A stretch of DNA of 64,000 nt from Lingula anatina (taxonomy: Eukaryota; Animalia; Brachiopoda). Position numbers and translations under genes: made by a program. The notes below the pieces were generated by a model. It saw only the letters and a program-made list of their open reading frames with translations. It was not told where the DNA came from and ran no database searches. This document shows positions 1 to 12,700 of the stretch, in pieces; position 1 is the stretch's first letter, and the number at the start of each line of letters is the position of its first letter. Location: the NCBI GenBank assembly GCA_051362555.1, contig CM120645.1, positions 22,134,001 through 22,198,000 of the forward strand, written 5' to 3'.

Positions 1-3000
1 CGCTTTTGTAACAACCCACCTCCAAAGTTAGGGGGGGCAAATTGTATTGGTCCCAACAGCAAGACAGTAATTTGCAACCTGAGGCCATGTCCTAGTAAGT
101 TATTTTTTATTCAGTTTTAAAAATCATGTTCACGATCGCCAGGATGTATATGTCAAAATATCACCAAAAAGTACTCAATACATGGTAACTCTTGTACAAC
201 AGTTTAGTTTGAAAATGACCATAAAATTCATAGGATAGTACGATTTTAGAGATTTTGGTTTCAATTTTTTGTTGATTGGTAATAGGTCTAGGATAAAAAC
301 TTGATTTTCATTAGAGTCATGTTTACTGTCTATATGTAAAAAGGAACCGAAGGTTTGAAAATGAAACATGGGGAAAGCCCATCTTCAATACTGGGTGTAA
401 TATTATCAAATTGCGTGAAGGCCTCTACCACTCCGCCAAGTCTAATCGAGGTCTGGCATTGCTAGGTAACTGGATTGTTTCTTACACCAGTTTCATGTCA
501 AAAGACAATAGGCCGCGTCGTGTACTACTGGGGCGTTTACAACACGGGTTGTCCACTGTATGCGACATAGATCCCATAGCTGTGAACGCTCATGCATCAA
601 GCGGACACTAATGTATTAACCGTCGATCATTCGCCTCTAAAATCATTCCCGTTTTAAAATATCTCCCCATGATATTTTCAAAAGATTTTGTAAAACCGTT
701 TGACTAATTACAAGACGTTTGCTTTCCTTCAGTACCTGTACGTAAGCGTTCAGACCACTGGTCGATTAACAATCGCTATGCATAAATTTATCTTGTGCTT
801 TGTTGGTGCCGTTGAAAGCGAAACATGAAGATGACCGGTGTGTAACGAAACTGAGTGTCCGCGCAGCAGAAAGTCCTAGAGGAACAGATCTATGATCCTG
901 TGGTGGTTGAAACAGCGTATATGTAGACCACTCCTACACAACTCTCAACACTCTCTCCGCTATATACAGCTGCTTTTAATTCTGCGAATTACTTCCGCCC
1001 ACAGTTCATATCTGGGGAGTTTGTAAGGCCAGAGCAGATGCTGAACCCCTTGGTTTTGAAGAAAAGCAGTGATTCTGCGAGCCCGATGTTGGGTTGCATT
1101 ATCGTCTTGGCACACAATGTTGTTCCTGAAGATGACTCTTACATAAGAAAGTATTGTTTGCTGTAGAATGTCTCTGCGGGAACCCTGGTTGAGATTGCCT
1201 TCTAGAAAAAACAACTGGCTCTGGCCCCCGGCATGAAATGCTCCCCATACAGAGACGCCACCACCCCCTGCTTGCACCCCAGGCAGTACACGATCATCGT
1301 TATATGCCTCTCGCACACGCTGGCGGCACGGATTCGACCGTCAACCCTAAAAACTGCATATCTGGTCTCATCGACGTAATTTCAGTGGTTTGGCTGTCAA
1401 AGGCACGTGGTCCCCAGCCCATTACAGACTTCGCTGTATATGACCTGCTGTTAACAGTGGCTTCCGTACTGGCCTTCGTGCAAAATAACCGGCTTGCAGT
1501 AACCTATTGTTCACGAGGGACCTTGAAAGGGGCGTTTGAATGACATTCTGCCACTCTCGTCTGAAAACATTGGTTGTCTTTGTACGACCAGCACGGCACA
1601 GTCTTAGGAGATGGCGATCCTGTCTTCTTCTTGTGATTCGTGGACACCCTGGTCGAGGTCTTGGAGTAGGTACGCCTGTTGCAGCATTTATTTGGAGGAC
1701 TTTACTTACGGTTCCCTGATAAATGTTGAATTGCCTGTCAATGGCTGCCCGTTTATGGCCACATTTTCTCTGAGAGCAGGAAACCCCTAGTAAAGGCCCC
1801 TTTACACTGGACGGCGTCCTTTCTGCGTCCAGCAGTACGGCCCCATTTGAGAGTTAAAAATTATAATACATTACGTGCCGACAACTGGCCGATCATTGAG
1901 CATTCATTCTGATACAAAATCAATGCTCGTGCCTCGTTAATAAGAACACAGCGATGGCAAATTTCATGGTCGCAGAAAGAACGCAGAAAGGACGCCGTCC
2001 AGTGTAAAGGGGGTATAAGATGCGTTGCTTAGCCGTCCAACCATATCTTTTCCTAGGCACTTGTCATGTTTCAGGGTGATTGATTTGTTGCTTCTTGAAA
2101 TATACTCCAAAGATTGACCAAAAACATGCGTTTTTATACAAGGGCAGAAATTCCCAAAAAGACCACCCTCACATTTCCGACCACAGAGAGTTATGAGGAA
2201 ATTAGGTAACACACCTGGCTACACATAGAGTGACACCTCAGTTTCGGATTTAAAATAGTGAGAGAGAAAATAAATATTTTGTAAAAAAAATTACTCGCCA
2301 AAAATATTCCATATTAAGTATTAACCCTGTAAGTCACTTTTAAACTTAATCATAGCAAATGCACATCTTATTGTTTATCCCATTCAATGAAAAATGGTTG
2401 TTCGTTGTAATAAAACAAACACAAGCTAAGTAACCGTTCCACTTCTTTCTATCAACAGCTGTCCTCGTGACCTCTGTTAAAATTTTTCTTGTCCATTTTT
2501 GTATGTTGTTCATCCATCCTTACCTCGGCCTGCCACGTTTTCCCTTTATCTGGACGCTTTGAAATGTTGGTGTGAACTTTTTTCCAGTCGCAGTTGATTG
2601 GCCAGAAAAATGTAAAGTATGTTTGACGTTTAAATTTTTGTGTTTTCGAAATTTTTGACTGTACGCTTCAGGCACTAGTTCATAAGCTTTTAAGGTCGCA
2701 GTCTTTACCCTGCCATAATCTGGGCTCTCAGCTACACTAAGCGCTGAGTAAACTTCGACCGCTTTGCCCCTGAGTACGCTTTGTGTCTAAAATTGACCAG
2801 AACCTCTTAAACGGCCATTTTCGAAATGTAGAAAATGTTTGTCCACACCTTTTTACTGAAATTTTGGTACCACTCTGATATTTTTGGCTGCAGCACATTC
2901 AGACCTGACAGGTAAAGTGACTGATCTTTCACTGTGCTCTTATTTGAGTTTTTCCAATTGAAAGTTCTCTTTCTAAGTGAAATGGTCTCTCTCGTTCTCT

Positions 3001-3721
3001 TTCTTCTCTTTCTAATTGCATCTCAATCTTCATTTTTTCTAATTGAATCTCATATTCTGACATTGTTCTTTCTGTTTTAACAGTTCCAACGTCTGGTGGT
3101 ACATCACCTGATGTAATTTTTTTCTAGAAACTCTCTTGTTTTCTATAACATCTAGCTTGACGTGTACACCTAAAGCAATCAACTCATCCTTTTTTATAGT
3201 GTCAAAACCTTCTACAGCCGACTTTTGAAGAAATTCTGTGACGAAAATACCATGTTTGATTTCTGCTGGCTTTAATATTTTCTAAAAATATTTCTTTAAA
3301 AAATAAACTTGTACTTAACTTGCAAATGTGCGCAAATTTAACTCTCCCGGAGGAGCCCCCAATTCTTATACGGATCAGAGTACCCCCTGACGCCAGCAAA
3401 AATCAATAACACAATTTCAAATGTAACACTTTATTTACTTAACAAAATCAACCAATTAAGTAAAATTTTACAAGGATTAACTTATCTCAAATTGTCCTTA
3501 TCTTGTTGCTTACCCTTAAAAATCTGGCACTCATATTGTAACAGATTTTCCAAGTGTATCCGATGGCGCTCCAACATGTACCAGTACACAGTAAATTAAA
3601 CAAAACAAATTAAGTCCTCAGAAAAATATGTGGCAGTTGGTAACAGTCCGATATCGAAGTCTCTCAAAGTCTCTGTCTATTAAAAGCCCCACTCTGTTAA
3701 CAGCCTCTCCCTCTCACTGTT

Positions 3722-3777
<56 letters not shown>

Positions 3778-6700
3778 TTTTTACAAATCTAGTACACTCT
3801 GGAGAACCCTCCATAGTGCATTTCCACACATGACTCGAAACCTATAGAAGGTACTTGTACCGTAGACTGTTAGTTCATAAATCATGCTAACACACATAGG
3901 TACTGACCTATTTAACCACTGACCTACTTAGCACGTAACTACAATAAGCACAACATTACCATTTCAGTTGACGGGGCTTGGGCAGACTGGGCCAGTTGGA
4001 CCCCATGTACAAGGACATGTGGTGGTGGTACCATGATGAGAAGTCGTACATGTACCAACCCGAGACCTCAACATGGAGGAAAATATTGTATCAGGGGCAA
4101 TGCATCAGAAAAATTTGATTGTAATCTGAATGCATGTTCGGGTGAGTGAGGAAGCAATCAACACCAAATGTTTATTTCACATGTTTCTTAGCAATTGTGA
4201 CACTGCTACAAAAGTAGTTCATTGAGCGGTTGCAAGCCTGGTGTAACGAACTTGTTACGTTTTTAACAAGTGCAACCATACATGATGATTAAGAAAATAT
4301 TTTTATTGTTAAATGGATGTACAAAGTAAAAAACATTTACCCATTTGCACACAGTTGACGGCGGCTGGTCTGACTGGGAGTCGTGGTCATCGTGTACGGT
4401 GTCCTGTGGAGGTGGGACCAGGATAAGACGTAGATCATGTACCAACCCCAAACCTGAACATGGAGGAAAGGATTGTCCTAGTAATGCCGGAACTCAATCA
4501 GAGATATGTAATGTAGAAGATTGTCCAAGTGAGTGAATTTGTTTTCAATTTTAAGATACAAACAGAGCGCCAATTTAATACGGTAATGTCACATATCTTC
4601 GAAATTACTGGCGAAGCATGTTTAACATGTCACGTTGGCATTAAGAATATATAAATTTGATATTTTGATCTGGAAAAGAAAAAATGATATAAGGAAAATT
4701 GATATAAAATATGAATATAGATAAATGTGGCGTTCTTTATAATTAAAAACCAAATCTTTGGTAATGATGCTTCATTGATTTTAAAATCACTGCACTTGTT
4801 TCAGCGTGCCAACTCCATGACGTCCCTGGTACTATTAGGTCCGTACCTGGTCCACTTCTGAAGGAGAACGAGTCTGTACGGTACTACTGCTTGCCGGAAT
4901 ATAAGCTTGTGGGAGGCAGCGAAATTCGAACATGTCAGCCAAACGGATTTTTGTCCAACGAAGAGCCCAAATGTACCAGTAAGTTTTGGTTCGCTTATTT
5001 AGTGTGTTTCGTCATAATGGTTTCTTACTGATTACATTGTGATGTGTGGTAGGCAAATGTGGTGTTAAAGCAACTGAAAGGGGCATAGGAAGTCCGTCGT
5101 ACGAACACTGTTCTTCGACACTTCAAAGAAAAAACAGGGCACATGCATATGTATCGATAGGGTCAATAAAATAACACACATTGTGATATTCGTCGTAAGT
5201 GACAGAGTGGAACTGAAGATAAGATCAATGTAGCGGTAGAACAGATTGATGAAACGCTTTAAAAAAGAAAGGGGCATCTGGTCCCAGGGTGGTCTCTTTT
5301 CTTTCCCGAAAGAAACTAGTTCACTCTGTAATCAGGTTAACACATTCAAAAATATATGTATGTCTTGTTTTCAGAATGTTGTGGAAAAGCGCGACATATT
5401 CCAAATGGTATCCCAGACGTCGACTCTGGTATTTGCTTTGGAGATGCTGTCACTTATCGGTGTGAAAAAGGCTATACGTCATCCAATGACACTCCCATTA
5501 TTTGCAAGTCCCCATACGAATGGCGCTACATGGAATTACCTAAGTGTAAAGGTGATTAAGAATATTGTTAGTCTTTGCCAAAACTTTTTTATTTACTGTC
5601 ATACTTGCATTCTTTTGGATATCAGATAAATATTCACGATCAATCACTAAATTACTAAACATTTAGACACGTCACGGCGGCGGATCCAGGAATATTTGAA
5701 AGGGGGGTGGGGGTCCAGAACGACAAGTCACGGATGCCAGCCAACCATCGCCCCTTGGCGTGGGGTTTGGGGCCTGTTCAACGGCCCCGAAAATTATTTT
5801 TGGTGTTTTGGAGGTCAAACGGTGCCCTTTGGTACGGTTTAGAACTATGATTTAGCCAGTCAAAATTCCGATTTAAAAAATATGATATATTTTTCATAAA
5901 GTACCCCCCTGACGCCCTCTAAATCCGCCACTGCGTCATCTTACGAGTGACGTCATAATCGTGATCAACAACATAACAAAATAGTTCAAGCAAAGTGACG
6001 GTACGAAATTGTAGCCCATAAAATTTTGGTCAACTATGCTAATTTTCTTGATAGAATTTTGTGCAAGGATGAAGTTACGCCCCGTACCGATTGCTATCGC
6101 ACATCAAAACAGAAAGGCGTTAAATTGACGATTGAAGATTTTGGCACAATAGCCCTTTACTCCCTGTCGACATTTCCGCGGTCAATGGTGGTCTGAAACT
6201 ATTTTTCAATCATTTCTCTGTCAAGGACAGTAAAGAATTATCTGACATTTTTTTGTAAAAGAAAATACATGGGTGCTTTTTTGACACCCAACGTTTTTTT
6301 TTTTTTTTTTTAATCTGTATGTACAGGTACCTTTCTTTTATCTCTTGTCATGTTAAATCCCCAATTTCTGATGCATAGTTTTGAAAACTACTACAGGGGC
6401 GTAACCAGACCTTTAAAAATTGTACGCACAGATTTTTAAAATTCCCAGCAAAATGTAGACTAACGCAAGAGATAAGGGCAGCGTAATTACAGCATATGTC
6501 ATTTAGTTAGAAATATTCTCGCAATTAAAAAAGTTTCAATATTCTTATTACCCAGAACGGTATATTTATTTAAAAGGAGGCTAGCTTCGCATATGTGGAA
6601 CCCCCTTCGAATAATCCTGGATCCACCTCTGAGTTGAACTAACATACGGTTTCATTCACCTTACATGTGGATGCATGGCTCCCAAAAACAACGACACGAC

Positions 6701-9700
6701 AGAGCTCTGATACATCTAAGTTTAATTATTTGTTTGTAAAAATTGCCCATGTCACCCTGTTAGTTTGGAGGGGTAAGCTGGGTCAAGTCCGTGTCAAAAT
6801 TCTTTGAAGCTTGATTCTGAGGAAAAATTCTTCCTTTGTTTCTCTAGCTCCTTCTTAAACCTGGCGTCCAGGTTTTATCTAGCTGCTCTTTGAAAATAAC
6901 ACTCAGGCAGATTTTTACCTGAGATAAATAACGCCAGATATTCTTAAGAAAGAGGGTACAGAAGAGTTGCGGGCCACTGAACCCTCCAATTAAGAGGTAA
7001 AGGAAGTTTCAGTTAAATGGACGATTAAGATAGGACTTGTTAAGGTTACAGGCATTGTTTACCTCATTTTGCAAGACCGGGGGGGGGGGGGCCGAACAAT
7101 TGTGCCTATACAATTGATACAGAGGATTTGTACATACAGGTGACTTTAATAAGCAGAGGATTTTCTTTTATATTCCGTGAAAAATACACTAAATTTATAT
7201 GATATAATATCATGGTTGGCCAAAAAATTGTACGCACAGTGCATCCGTGCGTATGCCTAGTTACGCCCATGTACTAACGTACATATCAAAAACAGCACAA
7301 TTGGTGGACAAATACAATAATGATTTTCTTACATGCTACTAAAAGCAAAGATTCCTTTACCTTGTTCTGTTTTTGAGTCTGACAAAACTTACCGTTAAAG
7401 TTAAAAAGTAAACCAAGGTAACTGAACTGATTCACCCTTTGTAGCTCAACACCGTTATATTTCCATGTTTCATCAGCCCTTAGCTTACACCCACTTCCAA
7501 ACACCATTGTTTTTGTTTTTACTGTATTTACTGTTAACGTTTCACTTTCACTTTTTTCTCACTGTTTATTTAATTTCTACACCTTTATTACCCTTCTAAT
7601 ACATATATCATGAGTTACAAATGTTAAATAGTATTCAACCTTGTTCAGTTTGAGAAAATCCAAGATGAATTAACAAAGCACACGTGTTCAAAAATGGCCG
7701 TCATACAGACACACCTGCCCATTAAATATTTAAGTTTGTTTCTCAGTGCTTTCCAAATTTGGGGTTTTTGAAAAATCCATATATTAAACTACTGCAAGGG
7801 TTACACTTTGGTCATTTTCAAAAAAATATTGCTTCTAAGTGGGTTTTCAGACCTTATTATCCATAAAGTATATATTTGGTGATTAATCCAAGATGGTTCT
7901 CATTGCCATCGATGTATAACTACTGTCGGGGAGATAGTGTCACTTATAAGATGAAATAATATTTAGTTTGTTTCTCAGACCTTCATCTCCCCTATGATAT
8001 TTGTGAGTATTCTGTTGGTTATCTTGATAAGTGTATGGGTATCTTGAAAATCCAAGACGGGCATCATTTCCCAAAGATTAATAGCTACATGTAGTGCATG
8101 TAATGCCAGTTAAATGTAAGCCATGCTGCTCAAAAATAGTTACTGTCCAATAAATTTTACTGTCTAATTACGTAAAACGGTAACGGGGGTCAAAACGATG
8201 CATCCACTGTGAAAAAATCATCCTAGACAGGGGCGGATCCAGGATTATTTGAAGGGAGGAGTCCGAGGATGCAAAGCCGACCACCGACTCCCAGGTGGAG
8301 TGGGACTAGGGCCCGCTGAAGGGAATTTTAGAGGGTGAAAGGTGCCATTTGGTACAGTTTCGTAGGCCTGCTATAAATCAGCTATTCAAAATTTTAATTC
8401 CAAGGGGGGGGGGGGGGCATTAGTGTGATTTGTTTTCAGAAATCGAAGAGGGGTTAGAACCCCCATTGACCCCCTCCCCCTCTAAACCTGCCACTGCTAG
8501 ATTACCGACGATACCCTGTAACCAAGGGTTGGCAACCTGACTATAACCACGTAGTAATAAAACATTTGATAGGTTTATGACATCACATATAAAATGTTGA
8601 TGATCGAGGTGCACACATTTCAAACGCTGTGAATGTCAGTCGATTTCAATATTTTATGTACATGTAGTTTTATGTCCATTTTCAGCGGATGGAAACTGTA
8701 ACTCCAGTGCCATTGCTGGACCATCAGGTGGTTATAAAGCATGCTCCGGAAGCGACACCGATAAAGTATGCTATATGCATTGTTCCAATGGCCTTACATA
8801 CACGACAGAACACAGTATATTTGAATGTGGGGCTAAGACAGGCTGGGAGTGGAAGGTTCCTATGAGAGGAGGAACCAATCATCTGCGAAGTACTGTAGGA
8901 GCATGCGACCGTAAGTTCTCCCAACAGAACCCCAAGTCTAAGAATCATGGGCATACCTATAGGGCATTCCCGATCATCAGGAGGTGTTTATTTAAAAATG
9001 ATGTTTCAACATTTAAGTCGCACCCTGTGGCAACTACGTCAACTTGTGATGACACATGGTAATAATTTCAGTTTATTTATTTAGATTATCTGATGTTATC
9101 ATAATTAGGTGTTTTTCGTCCATTCAAAGGTTGCATAGGTGCTGGTTTCTCCTTTATATACAAAATCATATGGCGCATTTCTGTTTCAGTATCTGACTTT
9201 CCAGCGGGTTGTTCAATATCCCTTGAAGGATGCGATTTAGCAATCCAAACCCCTGAATTGACCGAAGCTATAAAAGAGGAAATAAAGAGCGAAATGATGA
9301 AAGAGTTGGCAGCTCTGAATGTATGCTCAGATCCTTGTCAGGTGAGAAAAAAATGACAAATAAGTGAATTCTTTTTCATGTGGTTAGATTGATGTTTAAA
9401 TAGTTATGATACTGTTTTTTCACCGCCAAGTGGAATACAATTGATTAATAGAAAACACAATGCACGTGTTTAATTGCACGCACATCTTATTACATTTAGA
9501 TCATAGACATTGAAATAGAAACCATCGAAGCCAATGGATATAGACGAGCAGTGCTGCAAGAGAAGCTACTACGCATGAAGATCATTTTATACGCAGCTCC
9601 TCCCAAAGGGTCCGTCACCACCCAGCAATCTGCGAGGATGGAACTGTCTAAAGCCATGAAGATATTGAAGTAAGTGGCAGCGTACGCAGTCGTCAATATG

Positions 9701-12700
9701 CAGTACATCTATTTAGATGTGAACATTTGATCGCACAAAGAAGCCCGTTCATGTCAGCTGAGCAACTCTGTTGTGATTTCATTTGAAATCGTTTGATATT
9801 TAAACAGCCTTGTTTGTTTTTAACTTGTAGCACGAAGGCGGTGGCACTGAAACAGGTGATATTATCCCAGTCAGTCACACTGCATATTAATGGCACTCCT
9901 GTGAAACTGAGAGGGACAAACTTGCAGATTTCCAGACTGTCTTTAGCGTGTCCTGCAGGTTCTATTAGGAAATCCTTTGAATGCTGTATGTAAAAAATCA
10001 GGCCTACCCAACTACCAGACTCGGCACATCAGGCTCCTGAAGTAACCGGTATATCGGACCACACTACCCGTTATCAAGGTGTGTGTCAGATCACATTTCG
10101 GAGTATCATACCGCAGAACAATTTTGTAGGACGACCGCGGGCTCATCCAGTCGGTGTTTTGACTGATACTCCGAAATTCGATCTGACACACACCTTGAAA
10201 ACGGGTAGTATGATCCGATATACCGGTTAATTCAGGAGCCTTATGTGCCGAGTCTAGTAGTTGGGTAGGCCTGAAACTAATACTAATGCTGGATTAAATG
10301 AAACTGTACATTTATTAAGCAATCCTACAGAAATGTATGCCATTGGGAAATAATAACCTTACATTTAATTAGCTAATGTAAGTACAAATATACGTTTTGA
10401 AGAAAATTATATCATGGTGTAATACATGTGCAGATTAATCATTCACTTGTTGTGATAATTTTTTGGATTAACAGTCAATTGCCCGGTAGGAACATACCAC
10501 GATAAAGCCGAAAAGAAATGCGCCTCATGTCCATTTGGTCAGTATCAGGACGAACGCGGTCAGATGTCCTGTAAATTGTGCCCAAAAGGCACAACCACGG
10601 ATAGAATTGGGGTCACCAACTCTTCTCAGTGTAGAGGTAAGATCCAAATTTTTTAAGATGGATAGTTCATGGCAACTTGTTACGCCATCTAGATTATTTT
10701 GTTTAAGATTTCTCGAAACAAAGTTGATTGGCATATAGATATTTGACACACATTTTATAATTACAACATAGTAAGTGGAAATGAAAAAAAAAAACAAACA
10801 GCAAAATTTATCCAAGGTATACCTGATGTCGACTTTTAAACCGGATGGCCATTGCATTTTCAGGGTTTGCAACAAGTAGTTTTTTTTTCCATGCTCATGA
10901 TGATACTTTTTCTTCAGAGTACGAAGGTTGCGACTGCGGCATCCACCCGTGCACACTGAATGGTACTGATTTCAAATGTGATTGTCTTCCTGGGTACGAG
11001 GATACCAATGGAACGTGTACAGGTATACGATACATGTGTGTGCGTATCTATTAAGATAAACATAGTGGGCATCTTTACTCTGTATTATGCTTTGAAATGA
11101 ACCATATATACTGTTTATGTCTCGGACAGGCAGAATACGTATCGGCATGTGGTGTTGGCCTGTGCAGATTCCATAAGTGAGCTCTTTACCTTTACAGATA
11201 TTGACGAATGCCTCACTGACGTCTGTCCTCCAAACTCCCGCTGCATCAATAAAGAGGGGTCGTATAGGTGTGAATGTTTGCCTGGATACAAGGGAGGATC
11301 TTGTACTGGTAATTACATATAGCTGATTGTTTTATTTTTTGCAAGTTAAATATTTACATTATGCATTCTACTAACGAGTATACTGAAACATAATAATGCA
11401 ATTGCACTTATGTTTGAGTAGCATTTACAGTACTTATATTGTATGCAGGGGTATCTACTGTACATACAGTATATATTGAGGAGCAATATCCAGTGGGGCC
11501 AATCAATCGTAAAGCTAATAAAAGACTCCGGAGAAAATAGACTATGCCGGACGTGTGACGTCATGCGACATCAAACGGTATTAGACGTGAAGCTGGTCAT
11601 TTTCAGCTTTAGGTACACGGAGCTGAAACGTTAGTGTTAAGAAGTAGCCATTTTATTTTACAGAGTCAAGGAAGCTGAAACATCGTTATAACTGCAGCAC
11701 ATTCGATAAAGCATGAAACAATAATTTGATATGGGTATATCAGATTTCATTCATTAAAAAATCGTACATAACAACGATCAACAACCTCGCGGGGTCTTCT
11801 TCCTTTGCGTTCTTTGTCACGCTGTCGGACGATGCAGCAAGTTATCCGAAAACAAGTTGTCTGAAAAAAAGCGCAATTTGGCAACTTCAAAAACTTCGGA
11901 TACCTCGAATTTCTACAGGGATTTTCTGTTCAAAATGCAAAATAAAAAAAACTGATTAACTCACCATACCTTTGGAAAATTGGCCTCTACATGTACTTTG
12001 CACTCACGTCTCAGCTACTGTTTCCATCCAGCTAAAAATGACCAGCTAGCCTTACGTCTCATACCATTCGATGTCACATGACGTCATACGTCCGGCACAA
12101 ATTATCTTCTTCATAGTCCTCTATTAAAACTAAAAAAAAAGCATACACGTGTAAGTGTACACTTTGCCTATACTGTATGTGCATATTGTCTCATTCCAGA
12201 TATAGATGAATGCATAGACCCCTCCACATGTTCCAACCCATGGACTCAGTGTGTAAACACAGTGGGGAGTTATGAGTGCATATGTCTTCGCGGGTTCTAT
12301 GGAAGTAATTGTGGTGAGTTAAACCTGGATTACAATTAGCATGCGATGTCCGCACGGTGCACGTATAAAGCCCGTTATTTCCTTTTCATCTGAGCCGAGG
12401 TAGACGGTGGTCTTGCAAAATCGTACAGAATTTACGGTCTCATCAGTCCCTACGAATTTGTTTTATAATCTTAAGCCCGTAGTCCGTTACTATATCGAAA
12501 TGGTATGCGCAATCCCGACTCGGGCATTGCACAAGCATTTTACGGCCATTGTACGTTGGGCTAGCGGTTATCACGCAACAACGCATGGCGATCCTGCGAT
12601 ACGGAGTTATGAACATTTTAATAAGCCTAGATTCTATTTGTCACGGTAGCTGCACGATGAAAGCGTATGCGATTTCCCGTAAAATTTGTTTTCAAATCGT

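Noticed and set aside
3345-3361. Match to the tRNA-Pro 3' end
   Set aside because: Only 17 nt including CCA, which makes it a retrotransposon primer-binding site rather than a tRNA gene.
4263-4451. Near-identical antisense ORFs ([24 protein letters not shown]) here and at 52338-52628
   Set aside because: They are shadow frames of the TSP1 exons. Their identity reflects the 92-nt shared tract, not a separate gene.
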